Origin: Perna viridis
Taxonomy: Eukaryota
Reading direction: 5' to 3'
Assembly (NCBI GenBank): GCA_037379345.1
Contig: CM074517.1
Coordinates: 23,374,001 to 23,438,000, forward strand
Length of the DNA stretch: 64,000 bases
Shown: positions 49,740 through 64,000 of the stretch, in pieces
Numbering within the stretch: position 1 is the first letter of the stretch
How the letters are laid out: the number at the start of each line of letters is the position of its first letter
The notes under the pieces: generated by a model
Databases searched by the model: none
Told to the model about the DNA's origin: nothing
Seen by the model: the letters and a program-made list of their open reading frames with translations, nothing else
Program-made: the position numbers and the translations under genes

Positions 49740-50370
49740 GTAAGCATACACTCATGTATGAAGAAAAACACAATGCAGAAAGAAAAATCGAAATACTGAT
49801 GTCCATCTATGTGTGTGTTGGTCACACTTTTTCGACATGACTCCTGTGAAACTGCTCAATGGATTTGTTCAAATTTTGTAGGATTTATTGTCACAAAATG
49901 AAGTTGATCATATTGTGCTGCCGCTTTGATTGACAAATTTAACAGGAGTTATGGGACTTGTGAATTTGTTTATACTACACCATAGGAACACCTTGTGGAC
50001 ACAACTTGCTGAAAACTGCTCAGTGGATTTTGTTCAAATTTTGTAGGATTGTTAGTCATCAATTATGGAGTTGATCATATATGGACACCCTTTTGATTAA
50101 ACAAATTTTACAGGAGTAATGGGACTTTGTTGAATTTGTGCATACTAGAGGATGCAACTCCTTGGAAACTGCTCAGTGGATTTTTTTCACATTTTGTAGG
50201 ATTGTTAGTCATCACAGTCATGTAGTTGATCGATCATATTATGCCGCCATTTTGATTTGGCAAATTTTACTTGAGTTAAGGGAGCTTTTGCACAGTGGTG
50301 GGGGAATTATGGTTATGGTAAGCGATCTTGCTTGAATGAAAATTGTGGCAGACCCAAAATGATTGGATGT

Positions 50371-52506
50371 TTTTTTAACTCACTTGGCGGTAGTCCATGT
50401 GATTTATAGCCATCACTTGGTTCCCTTCATCATCATTGTCGTCATATGTCATCTTTCTTGTCATCGTCAACAATATTTTAAACATCTTCTTCTCTGAAAT
50501 CACATGTATTTGGATGAAACTTAGCATGATTGTTTCTAAGGGTATTCTGCACAAAATGATGGTTTGGATTTTTGATCTGTCAAAAAACATGGCCGCCATT
50601 ACTAAATATAGAAAATAGGGGTCAGACAGCAGTTTTTCTCATATATCTCCAACACCAATAGGTTTTACAAAATTCTGACTGGGTAAAACTGTTCAGCATA
50701 AAGAGATCTATCTGTGGTAAAATTTTGGTGAAAATCTGTTGATCCATGTTGGAGTTATTGCCCCTTTTGAAAGTTTTTTTGCTGTATTTGATGTTATTAC
50801 TTCCATAAATCTTCTTCCCAGAATCTACTGTATAGAATTCAATGAAAGTTATTATGATTGTTTGTTAGGGTATCATGCACAAAATTGCTGTTTGGATTTT
50901 TGTATAGAACAAAAGGGTCAGACAGCAGTTTTTTGCATAAGGTATAACAAAATTCTGACTATAGGTGAAAGTGTTCAGCATTATCAGATCTAGCTATAGT
51001 CAAAGGAGAAAGTTCACTAAGGACCCTTTTTGGTCGCATAATTTGGGCATATGTGAAAATTTGATTAAAGCTGACTTCTAGGTAGTAGTAGTATTGTAAA
51101 AAGGTCGCAAACACTGAATATAAGATGTTTTTGATGAGATTTATGACATTATTCCAGAAATAACAGTATGCATATATGTAACTTTTACAAAAACCTTTAA
51201 CTTTTAACATTTCTGCAATTTTTTGATAGTTTTTGTGTGGAATGAGTTGTAACTGACAATTATACACAAGACATATAAAGCACTAGGGTCAACACATATG
51301 TGGCCATTGTTAAAGGTGTAAAAAAACTGCACAAAATTTTGTATTTTTCCAGTCTTTTTAACAGATTTTCACAATCTCAGCCAAGTTTGAAGGACTGTAT
51401 ATGTTCAAATTATTACCATAAACCAATCAAATCAACTATAACTTCTTTTGGTGATAATCTGTTGAACCATTATGGAGTAATTGCCCTTTTTGGATGTTTT
51501 TTGTTGTTGCTGTTTTTGATGTTACTACTTTCAAAAATCTGCTCATTAGATACTACTGCACAGAATTCAATGAATGTTGGTAAGATTGTTTCTTGGGGTA
51601 TCCTGCACAAAATGACTGTTTGTATTTTTGGTTGGTGAAAAACATTGCTGCTGTTACTAAAAAATAAACATAGGTCAAAAGACAGTTTTTTTTTTAAAAC
51701 AACTTGAAAACCTTTGATATTAATAAAATTCTGTTGGAGGGTAATATTGTTCACCATCAGAAGACAGATCTATGTGGAAATTTTCAAAATGATTTGTTGC
51801 CTGATGTAGGAGTAATGGGCCCTGAAACATAATTTTTTGCTGTTTTTCACATGTACAACTTAGAAATCGTCTCCTCTGAAACCATACTACAAAATTTAAT
51901 GAAAGTTGGTATAATTGTTTGTTATAGTATCCTGCACAAACTGATTTTATATAATTTTCCATCAGTCAAAAACATGGCGGTAATTAATAAAAATAGAATA
52001 TAGAGGTTAAAATCATCTTTTTGCTATTTTTTTCCTGAACTAAGAAGAATAATGAAGATGAAAGCTACTCATTAGATATACATGATTTTCTGAGTTGACT
52101 GGCAGTATTGCTCTGATTCCAATGATTTTTTATTTGAAACGCTGTGTTCTAGGTTGAAAGGTGATGACTTATTACATTTTCCTGCTAGACTAAGCTAAGT
52201 ACTTGCTTTGATTTCAATGATATTTGGTTTATACAATAAGCATGGTCATCTGAATTGTATGTTGATGATGAAAATATTGTATAGCCATGGTTTAACTTCA
52301 TTTTATGTTCTTTTTCAGCTCATGTATACTGGGCTAATGCCCAGTTAAATAACAGGGCAATGGGAGACCCCTACCCAATTTTTTTTCATGCTCTTTTTCA
52401 GCAATTTTTGTCAAACATGGTAACAAAACATGGTACTTGTACTTACTTAGTTACTAGGGCATGGTTTGCCAGGTGAGGGATTTGGGCTCATCTGGAGTCT
52501 CTTGTT
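50371..52506 (+). mobile_element. Helentron-like non-autonomous element with internal diverged tandem units; relatives at about 7550-7700 (-), 20540-21235, 38112-38527 and 54635-55415
   Basis: Family starts with ttttagctcacctgg-like sequence plus a gtc-rich microsatellite and ends with ccaggtgagcgattcaggctc..gagcctcttgtt (subterminal inverted repeat plus hairpin). Confidence 0.65.
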
Positions 52507-54862
52507 TTAGTTAGGTTAATGGATGGTTCATTAAATCAATATAGGCTGTTCAATATCTTAAGCAGAGTTTATATTTGCTATTCTAATGCAGCATTTGTTG
52601 TAACTAATGATTTCTTTGGATAACACCAAATATTTCAGGATGTCAATTCCTCGATTGACTGTCTCTAATTTTTAACGCATGTGCAGATTTTTAAATGTTA
52701 TTTTCACATATAGCTGCATTAATATTGTATTTGAAGATTTGTCATTGTCAATGTAAATGTAGCAAATATTTACTTACTGACTGTTAAGGCATTTCACATA
52801 TTGTCATTTTGATGATTGAGTAACTTTACAGATTTGTAATAAGTAGTGCTTATAATTGGTGAATAAAATCACATTTTGTATAGCAGGGCCAAAGTCAGAT
52901 AGCTGACTGATACATGGTGAACCAGTAAGTGTTATAGGTCTGTGGAGGAAATTGAGGCTGTTGGTCCTAACTTTGACTATGACAGTAACCTTACTTATAT
53001 CAACAAGTTGTTGGACTGTTTTCTGTTCTGTGGACATGATTATTGTGTAGCAGCTGTAGAAAAATGCATATTTATGTTGGAAAAAGCTGTAATGAAATTA
53101 TCAGTATGTCTCCAGTGGTTGTGATTATAGCTTGCCAGGAAAAATATGAATATGTCGAATGTTTCATGCCATCTCCCCTTGTGCGTTAAACCTAGGATTC
53201 TTAAATTATCAGAAAGCTAAATGTAGTGTTAGGGTAATATTGATATTTTTAACATATTCTCATTATTTGTGGAGTCAATTATTCCAGTATGACCAAATAA
53301 TAACTGCAAGACAAATATGGTGATATTCTCAATATAAGAAAAATAATAGGCTATATCAAATGGAAAAATTCAGATTGTTTTGACATATAAGTTCTGTTCA
53401 GAAGATAAACACTTTGTCTTATTGTATTCAAATATTTTTATGTTTAGTTCAAAACTGTGAGTGTGTGCCTTTTCACAATGTCATTAAATTTCAATAAAGA
53501 AAAGGTGCATTTTACAATTTTATGATAAAGATTGTAAATATCTACCTTGATTCTATTAAAATTATCTCCCCTTGACCAACATTTTTTTAGAAAAGTAAAC
53601 TGAAGTTTCTGATGTAGTTACACTTATATTTCATGATGTATAAGTGTTTTATCCCTAAGAACTGTGTTGTTTGATTCAATTGATGATAATGTTTTATTTT
53701 CCAATGACACTTAGGGGTGATGCTAAGTGATTGACCTTTGGACTGTGTCCATGTACATTATTATTCCTGGTTCAATTAGAGGACTACCTTATTTGGCTAT
53801 AAAATTGTATTCAAACAATGACTAAGGAATTGACAAGTTTTGTTCAAAGTTCAAGTTATGTAAGAACCATCACATTAAAGTGTAGCTTGTCGAGCACTTT
53901 AAATGTCATTGAAGACAAATTTTCTACTTAGTTGAAGATCAGTTGTTTTCAGAAAATCAAAGAAGATAAAAGAACATGTTAAATGTAAAATTACAGTTTT
54001 AAAGGCATAAAAAGTTAATGGCTTTTGATAAATTGTGTCTTTTTTTTGGTGAATATATGGGAGAAAACAGGATATGTTCAACGTAAATAACTCTCTGAAT
54101 AAAATGATCTGTTTTATCACAGCTAAGTGAAATCTTGATGTTTTAATATCTTCTTTATGGAAGAGATGTTTTATAACTTCATATTTTTTTTTACAAATTT
54201 ACAGACTTTTTGGCAGAATTCCGTACTTTGATGTTAATATTGATATTTCATGATAAATGTTTCCTATATCATGTTAACTGTTTTAATAGCTATATCCACT
54301 GGCAATTGGAGTACATGTGTCTCTTGTTTCACATGCAAGTGGGATGTATTTGAAGGTCTATTTAATAATTTCTTTTTAGTCCTCTAATAGCAATTTTCCA
54401 CAAAAGGGACTTTAGGTTTGAGCTTGATCGGCCCATCAGACTGTCATTCTGTCAAATCAGTTTTCCACACTTTTTTTTTTCGTCATGCTTGCAGATATAC
54501 ATTTGATATATGATACATTGCTTTTTCATGGCAAGTTACTGATCAAATTCAAATTTTTTTCTGGTCTGTTTATTTTTTGCTGAGAATGGCTGTTGGACTA
54601 AGAAAATTCATGCAAAAACTCAGTTTTCTCCACTTGTAAGGTTACCTGGCCGAAGGCTAACTGAGTTATTGCCATCACTTGGTATTTTTAGTTGTTGTCG
54701 TCCATCGCTGTTAACTATTTTTTAAACTCTTCTCCTCTGACGCTACTTGACCAATTGCAACCAAATTTGGTATGAATGTTCGTGAGGTTATTCTATATAG
54801 AACTGACATGGGGATTTTTGATACATGGAAAAACATGGCTGCTGTTACTAAAAATTAAATCA

Positions 54863-55322
54863 GGTCTCACTAACCACTTCCGGGTCAAATGGCCACCCCC
54901 CTATGTAGTACCAAAAACACACTGAACCTAGACATATGCATGGTAAGTGCATTATTTGTGTGTGTAATGATTAAAAGTAGTCAAAATAAAGCTGAGAATG
55001 TGTACTTTAAAATCATATATGTAATTAACTACAAAAGTGTATGAATAGTGTTTACATGTGTGAGTAATTTGCCTCCATGCTGTCAGTTAGCAGAACAGGT
55101 AAAAATGTGGATTTTCAGTATTATTTATTCAAGTAAATTTTGTGAAGAATTTCTACTATCATTATACCATTAGCATAATGATTTTGGAAGCCTTATTTTC
55201 CAAGCTTCGCAACGGTATGCAGCTTTAAGATGTCATTTGTCCTGGGAATTCACAGTGAGACTTTGAAAATTACATTTTTAACATGTAAAGTAATGGAAAC
55301 GTTATAAGTGGTTAGTGAGACC
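54863..55322. mobile_element. Same MITE family, nested in a Helentron-like repeat
   Basis: Same TIR; TSD tca. Confidence 0.88.
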
Positions 55323-55799
55323 TCAGTTTTCAGATGACTCTCTGATAGAGTTATTGCCCTTGAAAGGCAGAAATTTAACCAGGTAAGTGATTCAGGCTCC
55401 TGGGAGCCTCTTGTTTTGTCATGCTTGCAGATACACATTAAATATTTGGTACATGGTTTTCTTTTTGTCATACTTGCAGATATACATTTAATATTGATGC
55501 ATCGTTTTCTTTGACAATTTTCAGATCAAGGTTGAATTTGTTTTACTCTTTTGATTCTTTGCTGACTTGGCCTTTGGACTTAGAAGATCAATGCAGACTC
55601 AGTTTTTAGCATTTTTCTTGTTAAGAAAATAATGCATGGAGTTCATATTCTATTGTCCTTGATAGAAATTTCTTCCTGTAGTGGACTTTGAAATGCCAGC
55701 CAAACAGTTACGAAATGATTGTTTGAATTTTTATGCGGTGGAGACATTAGAAATATAACAAGATAGCGTTGCATTATCAACTAAGTCAAATGTTGTTTT

Positions 55800-56650
55800 T
55801 TTTTAAGCCCCCGCAACAAACAGATGGGGGCATATTAATTTACCCATGTCTGTTTGTCCGTCCATCCATTGGTCTGTCTGTCCGTCCGTCGTCTGTCCAT
55901 CTGTATGGATTACACACAGGATCATTGCTTGTCTGGCTGCCTCTTTGTACAGTTTTTTTTAGCTACATCTAAAATGTTTTACAAGACATTTCTATACATG
56001 ATGAAGGTGTGCAGGGCCAAAGGATTTTGATTTTCGTGAAATATTACGGAAATTGGTGATAGTTACACTTGGTCATTTTACTCAGAAATATATGGATCAT
56101 GGCTTCTCCGGCTATCTCCTTGTACAGTTTTTGAATTCATCTTAAATATTTTACAGGATATTTCCATACATGATGAAGGTGTTCAGGGTCAAAGAATTTT
56201 TATTTTCATGAAATATTACAGAAATTGGTGATAGTAAGACTGAGTCATTTTCATCAGAAATAGGGCTGTATGGCTTGTCCTGCTATCTCCTTAAGTAGTT
56301 TTTGAACTACATCTAAAATATTTTATGCAGGATGTTTCTACACACTGATGAGGAGATTTTTTGTGAGATATTTTGGAACTGGATGATAGTTGGACTTTGT
56401 AATTTTTATCAGAAATATACCCCAAGCAACAAAGTTAGGGATTTGTTATAGGGGGAATTAACATTTTTTATATGTCATTGCAAGTATTTTTGCAGTGCTT
56501 AGCCTGACATACCAAATATTTACTGCCTAAGCCAACAGTACATAACCTTTCTGAATCTGCAAACCATTTCTTCATACAAAAAGGAACATGTTCTTAATTT
56601 TGCAAACCCAGCGAGTGGGGGTATCATTAGTGTCTTACAGACACATTTGA
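55800..56650 (+). mobile_element. Helentron-like non-autonomous element with (gtcc)n tract and about 3 tandem units of roughly 150 bp
   Basis: ttttaagcccccgc...ggggcatatt hairpin, gtccgtcc tract, repeated catgatgaaggtgt...gaaatattac.gaaattggtgatag units. Confidence 0.6.
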
Positions 56651-59600
56651 TTTATTAAAAAAAAATCACTACTGACAGATGACACTGGGGCTCCTGTGAA
56701 AAACAGGGCTTGTAGTTTTCAGTACAAAAAGCTCTGTACTTATAGGCAAGTTTTTTGCAAAGAAAATATTCCAAATTTAGGGTGTTACATGCTCTAGTTT
56801 GGGGTCATTCTGTGAGTATATTGCAATCATCTTGTCCATATTTAAATCCCTAACACATATCTAATTTACCAATTTCTATTGGATGGAATGCTTAGACATT
56901 TAGACTATTTCTTTTTCATGATGAACTGTACTGTGTCTCTCCTTTCTAGGTTTCTTGCTTATCTGCTTGCTTTTTATTGCACAATATAATTTGACATTAA
57001 TGGTTGAATAGGGTTATTCTTAGTATCATGTAGCTTGCAAGATCTTGTTGAATCTGTTTTTATTGGAACAGAAGCAGTTTGATGAACTATTGAGTCAGGT
57101 ACATTTTTCATATCTTTAGTCAACTGTTGATTCTACCAACTTCTGCATATAAAATGAGCCTACTATAACTCGATCACTGAGGGGGACTGTAATATAATAT
57201 GTAAATTGAACTAAGTAAATTCTGTTTTTATTCAATTATTTGATATTTTGATTAATAACAATGTTTAATCTTATAAACATCACACTTTAAGATGACAAAC
57301 TTTTTTAAAAGAAAATCTTACAAAATAACAAAAATGTTCCACTGAAAAGGTTGGTTTGATGAGTGCAAAACGAAAGTGAAAGTAGAGAAAAGGGCTATTT
57401 ATAGTTCAAAACTACTTTTCTGTCCGATCTTCATGGACTCACCCTATTTTCTTTGCAGGAAATTATTTTTTTCATATGTCTTTAGAAATGCTACATAAGT
57501 GAAAGTTTTATTGAATCAATTTACATATTTTTTTTAAAATCCTAAAAATATGCACTTCACTAGAGAAGTCTATGGGAAAATTAATACAATACTGAGACCA
57601 TGACTTACATGTATTATATTCCATAATTGTTGAAAGAGTTAAGGTTCTTTTGGGATCTATAATGTAAATTCATGAAACAGGTGTATGGTTTATATTAGTT
57701 CAACTAGTTATATCAAATAACTGTTATAGGTTGATATAGTCCAGTTTATAGAGGTGTCCTGTTTAAACAAGGTTTCCATTTTACATTTTGTGTATTCTGT
57801 AGAGTAACTACTGTTTATTGGGTATCAATTTTCATGATATTAGGGGTTCAAAACTTCAAATCTATATTGTCAGTAACATTTAGTGTGAAATTTCCTTTGT
57901 TAAAAAAAAATAAAATTCACAAAATTAAAATCCTCAACTTCTAGTTTGTTTAATTCAAGGGTCACATGTGTACAGAACTCCCATTTTCATACCATGTTTA
58001 CGTTTTCCTTATGATCCTTTCAAGTGAGGCACATATGGGTAAAGAATTATCATTTGACACTTAGCTCTAGTATAAATTGAATCTACTGGTACTGTTATTA
58101 CTTTTATTTATAGTGAAACCTGTCTAAACCAATCACCCTGTAAAGTTGATTCAGTTTAGACAGGTGTATAATTACAAAAGTTCCAAGTACATTTAAACTG
58201 ATAAAAAACATTTAATTGTGTCTGGTTTAGACAGGTTTTCATATTGTTCAGGTTCAGTTTTGAAAGGTTTTACTGTATTTTTTTTTCACTGTCCTTCATG
58301 CCTATTTGAATGAAGAATTTCACTCAGAGATAGTCCTTATGTTAAGATGATACTTGAGTTGCATGGTACTAACTAACACCTTCAAAGGATAATGTGTGAA
58401 TAATCAATGCATCAGCACATCTCCCATGGATTATAGGTCTGCCTAGTTTGTGGAAAACAGGTCTGATTAGCTTATATATGGTGTTGTTGTATGGTTTAAA
58501 ATTTTGCAATATTCAATAACTGTTAATATGTAGAAAAATAGTCTGTACGTAGGCTTCAGTTGCTGGAAAAAAAAACAATCTATGTACATGTAAATGATAG
58601 CTTATCATCGTTTGTGAAATTGCGATTGAAATAATTCTAAGCATTAGTGTACAAAGGAAAGGAACAATTATAAACATGATATTTATAAAGGGACTATAGA
58701 AAGCTTCTAATTTTAACAGATTACTGAACAGGTAGCATTTTTTTAGGAGGTGAAAGGTTCCTTACAGACAATATTGGTTGGGTACAGGTGCCGTCCTTTT
58801 TTATTGTTTTTATAGACACCATGCCTTTGTTTATCAATTTTCCCTTGAAAGATGTTGATGCTGGCATGATGTGACCTCAAATTTGCCCCTAACATACTAG
58901 AGTGTCCTTTTTCATCAGGATTACTCTGCCCTTTTCAAAAGCTGTAGGGAACGCTAAAAAGGTTGTATAGATATGACACTACATGAGAAAATTACCTCTT
59001 ACATTCACTATATTACATATACCTGTTCTAGTTAAATCAGTTTATTTTTTGCAATCAGTCTTGCACTACCACATGATGGTGACTTGCACTTTACTGAAAA
59101 TTGATCACATCATTTAGGAAATAAATAATCATTAAATTAAATAGATTTGGCCTAAAGGTAAACTTACACACCTGTCGAACAGGTAAAATCATATCTAATT
59201 AAAGGTATTGATAAACTTTGAAATATATCACTGTAATAAGAGATAAAAGTTGAATTAAAACTGGATTTGTGCAGTTTAGTATATATATGAAAATTTATGG
59301 GATAACTTCAATGAGAATAAGTTTAAAAGTAGTGTGCTGTATGATATGGGTCTTTGTATACCTTTATCCTGTTAAATAGAAAAGTTAAATGTTTGTGCAA
59401 AATGGATTCATCATTAGATTTAAAGTAAGGTAAATATCACTTTTTGTAGTTTATGCATTAATTTGTTAAGTTTATGCAAAAGTTAGTAAAATGCTTCCAG
59501 CTGGAAGAATTATTGTGCAAGAAATGGACATTTTAAGTACCAGTCCATATAAAATTCAGACACTGCCCATATTAAAGTGATTCATAGTGAAGAAAAACCC

Positions 59601-60042
59601 ACCGAACAAACAATGCTTTTTCAATCTACATATGCTATATTTTTACTTAACAGTTGGCCTTTCCATATTCAGATCTGTACTTTTGAGAAAACCACACATT
59701 TATCTCCCACTAAAATCAACCAAATCAAACCAAATCAAGAACAGTAACTCTTGCAGAGTGTTAATTTCATGTACAATCTATATACATTTTATCTAAAGAG
59801 CGCAACACCCAAATGTAAAACTATGACTGGTTATGTGGTCTGTAACTGATTCTGATTAAGAAATAATAATGAATTCGATGGGTTTTTGACATGCATGAAT
59901 CACCTTCTGTCTGATTTTTATAGACTGCAACTTAATATGATATTCAAGGCAATATTAGCTGATGAATATAAGTAAAATCACAACCTATAGTTGTGGATGA
60001 TTTTTATACTCTGGGGTCTTATGAGATAGAGGCATTATGGTG

Positions 60043-60418
60043 CAGTACCTGAACTGATCCGTGCAATTAAAATCGTGATCGGTCATTGATCACTGATCAG
60101 TTTCCGATCAGTCATTGATCGGTCAAAGAGATCCATTAAACCGGTGATCGCATCATGTGACCACAGAGCGGTCAATATAATTTACGCTTTCCCAAGTATC
60201 TTTGTCATTTGTACTCGTGTTTACAAGATGCAGTAGATTAAAACATTAATTTATACTTTTAATTTACATTTGTTTTATTTTTAACAAATCATCCGTCATT
60301 TTATATAACAAAACTGCGATCAGATCAGTCACTGGTCATCGATTATCGATCCATCAGCGATCAATCAGTCAGTGGTCATAGATCTGTCAAATCGTTGCGC
60401 AGATCGGTTCAAGGACTG
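60043..60418. mobile_element. Tc1/pogo-like MITE with GATC-rich subterminal repeats
   Basis: Imperfect TIR cagtacctgaactgatccgtgcaa / ttgcgcagatcggttcaaggactg, followed by TA. Confidence 0.65.
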
Positions 60419-62529
60419 TATACAAATGTCCCTCCCTTTCCATCCATCTGGCAGTTTGTCATCTGTTCATCTATCATTGGTCTGTGTAATTTTAGTGAAA
60501 AATTTTGTAGTCTGTTACTGAGTTAAGGAAAAGGGGGATTTCTTATCTTAAAAACATTTATCAAGTTTACTTCAAACTTTACACAAGTGTTTGATATAAA
60601 GTTTTCATCTAAAATTTAGACTAAATACTTCAATATTAGTGAATATCTATTTTTGTTCCTGAGTTATTGAACTTATCCTAAATAAAATGAGATCTTTTTC
60701 TTGTATCATATCTCAGAAATACCTTCTCTGAGTATACTTTTTGAAATATTGGTGTTGAAAATCAATACAGATTGCAATTTGGAGTTGAAAGCCTAATGAA
60801 TGAAGTGTAGAGAATGGCAAAATTCAAGATATTTAGGATCAAATCTATAAAACTCAATACTAATTACCATTATGAGTAAACATATCTGCTTGTCTCATCA
60901 AAAAATTTCTTACATAAGCCTCACCTCTTATTCTAATACAAATAGAAACAATAAAATTCAAATTTTTGTTCGTGATGTACTGTGAAAGTACTTTAATTCA
61001 TGGATACCAATTTTCGTGGATAAGGAAAGAAACACAAATTTGTGGTTTTGAGGTTTCCAGTATACACTTCAGTGGAAATCTCCTTTTCGTTGGGAACCAA
61101 ATTTCACAGTTTGGCCTACCCACAAAAACCACAAAAATTTGTACCCAACAAACAATAATACTTTCACAGTACATGTAGTGAAATGTCATAATTGAGATAA
61201 TAAATGAAGGAAAAACAACAAAAGCGTAGAAGAAAAATGGATGAAATACAAAACAATGCCTTCATCATGTTTACCTTTTGATTTATGAATAACTGCTGTA
61301 AATGTACTAATTCTTGCTATTTTTGCGCTGGACAGAAAATCACATAAATAGTATCTGCGAAATTTATTTTCAACACTACATAATACTAATTACTTTTTTG
61401 AAATAGTGAAAACTGGCTCTGGCAAATATGTTTACTTAACAGAATCTGCAAAAAAAAATATGTTTACATCATACTGAAATTTTTTTTTAAAAAAACTTTC
61501 ACAGAATCTTTATCTTACCCCACTCAATGAGTGGATGGTATTTTAGAATCACCTTGTCCGTCTGTCCTTCCAAATTTGTTACAATTGTCTCAGTTCCCAA
61601 TGGATTGATACTGGATAGATTTATTTCAAATTTGGTGTTTGGCTTTATATAGAAGGTGCTTATGCTGTAAGCAATTTTAGGCGCTGTCAAATGTTAACTT
61701 CCTATGGGATTTTAGCATACTTTCATCACAAAAATCTTGGCTCCCAATGGATGGATTGGTTTCAAATTTAGTTCGTTGCTTTATATGGATAGGGCATTTT
61801 AGGTGCTATTCAATTCCGTCTTCCTGTATGAGTTGAGGTATATCTAGCACAAGTTACTTAGTTTCATATTCCCATTGTAACCTCCCACTTAAGATTATGA
61901 TCTAAATAAATTTAGGGGGCAAGGGGTACAGGAGGTATCAAATAAGTGAGCAATTATCACAGTTTTTCTAGTTTTCGTGGTTTTGTTCCTTAAAAAATCA
62001 ATTACCTGGGTACCTGTAGATTATATAATTGCCGTATGAAATGTCAATATATACACCAGCTGGTAAGAAATTTTCAAATATCTTGATATCAACTGAATCA
62101 ATGGTACCTAATCCAGGACTAGTTTTTCAATACATAAAAAAATGGACTTTTCTCTCTTCTTGACTTACTTGGTTTTTATTAGTCTCCAACTTGAAATGAA
62201 TTTACAAAATAGACCCTCGTCTTTGACTTAAAGGGGGACTTGATCCAGAACTAGTTTCTCAAATACCCAAATCTTAAGGACTTTAGTATTGATTCTTTAA
62301 AAAGCATTAATCTTTTTGAAGTACTCGAGAGTCGTTCAGATAAGGTTGTAAACAGATACATCTTATACTAAGATAGACATGTACTTTACATATTTGAATA
62401 GCCCCATGGTAATCTAGTGTTCTCCATTATAAAATCTGACCACGAATAAAAATTTAATGTAAATAAACTTAATAAATGTTTGTATTTTGATAGGGTAGGG
62501 TGATAAATGTAGTAATAATGGTGACAAAG

Positions 62530-63140
62530 TTTTAGTGGGGGGAGGGGCTGGTTACTTTGGTTTAGTGGGGGGGAGAAGCTGGTTACTGATATAGTAGGGT
62601 GATAGATGTAGTAATAATGGTGACAAAGTTTTGTATTGTGTCTCTTGATCTAAGCTTTGTTTTGTATTGTGTAAGAAATAAGTATTTCTGGTTGGTTTAG
62701 TGGGGGGAAGGGCTGGTTACTGATATGTTTTAGTTTGGGGGAGGACTGGTTACTGATATTTTTTAGTGGAGGGAGGGGTTGGTTACTTTGGTTTATTGGG
62801 GGGAGGGGCTGGTTACTGATATGTTTAAGTGGGGGGAGGGGCTGGTTACTGATATGTTTTAGTGGGGGAAGGGGCTGGTTACTTTAGTGTAGTGGGGGAG
62901 GGGCTGGTTACTGAAATGTTTTAGTGGGGGAAGGGGCTGGTTACTGATATGTTTTAGTGGGGGAGGGGCTGGTTACTGATATGTTTTAGTAGGGGAGGGG
63001 CTGGTTACTTTAGTGTAGTGGGGGAGGGGCTGGTTACTGATATGTTTTAGTGGGGGAAGGGGCTGGTTACTTTGGTTTATTGGGGGGAGGGGCTGGTTAC
63101 TGATATGTTTTAGTGGGGGAGGGGGCTGGTTACTGATATG
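62530..63140. repeat. G-rich minisatellite (units of about 28-34 bp)
   Basis: Repeated ttagtggggg(g)aggggctggttact(gatatgtt/ttagtg). Confidence 0.93.
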
Positions 63141-64000
63141 TAATGACTACCTTAATGTATTGATATTTTAGACAGATTCAAATAGCATGAAAGTACTTTT
63201 GAACTGCTATGATTAATGATAGTGAGAATTTTATACGCCCATATTTTTTTTTACAATAGTTGAAATGGTACTCTTTTAACCTTTCAGTCTTTCTATTCAT
63301 CAATAGGTCATACTATAACCCAAAATGTTTTAATGCTGTTCAATATTTTCTGTCAGAGTTATGGGACTTTTTAACACACCACCCCCTCCCCAAGGTGGTG
63401 GGATGGGTCTGGTGTACTATGTAATTTCTGTAACCAGTTATTAGCTAAATACAATTATTTTTTATAATGATACAGCATATCTGACTGTCATTACACAAAA
63501 ATTGAAGTATTCATGCATGCATTTTGGCTGTATTTATCAGAACTTATCTAAATTATTTAATTTGCCAGGGTTAATGCCCTTTCTTTAGCAGACGTATGAT
63601 AACTAATTGTTTAGCGAACTCATGCATGTAAATATTACAGTCAAGCATACTCAGATATGTTCTTCATTAATCATTCAGGTGAATAAACTATCAAAAATAA
63701 TTTAGACCTTCAGGTCACCATTCAATGTCCTGTTATATATTTACTACCAGTTTCTAGTGTATTCAAACAATAAAACATTCTCAGAAAGAAGTACTCTAGC
63801 TAAACTTTTTTAGGAGTTTGGAGTACAGTGAAAATATAACTGCAAGACATCACTCCCAAATTTTGATAGTGCTAAAAGAAAGGAGATTTGCTTTCAAACT
63901 CTTAATATATTAAGTATATGTATTATTCTATATTACATCACCTATAACCCCATTCCTTATCTCAGGAAGACACACATTGTTGATTTGGGACTACTATACC

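Noticed and set aside
52804-53037. Minus-strand 77-aa ORF as a nested gene or OB-fold remnant
   Set aside because: No motif could be firmly recognised and the flanks are full of stops; it would need an HMM search.

Overview
AT-rich, intron-rich eukaryotic genomic DNA; the repeat families suggest a bivalve mollusc (inference). Two spliced genes lie head-to-head. (1) Minus strand, 12047 to at least 126: the 5' part of an ADAMTS-family metalloprotease, with 7 coding exons (260 aa) covering signal peptide, prodomain, furin site RRKR and the start of the catalytic domain, whose opening strand resembles ADAMTS13. (2) Plus strand, 23874 to at least 49739: an immunoglobulin-superfamily gene with 24 coding exons (about 1228 aa) covering signal peptide, 8 Ig domains and 4.5 FN3 domains; no further exon was recognised in the window. 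All exon joins were checked by eye for GT-AG sites and phase. Introns and the intergenic region carry many mobile elements: an internally deleted DIRS1-type retrotransposon with ITRs, ICR and ATAA crossover core still intact; Penelope-like fragments with an N-terminal GIY-YIG endonuclease (Naiad-type); two inverted copies of a SINE-like element with a structured non-tRNA head; Kolobok-, hAT5-, EnSpm-, Harbinger-, Tc1- and Helentron-like non-autonomous elements; and several minisatellites. Most ORFs in the supplied track are spurious.
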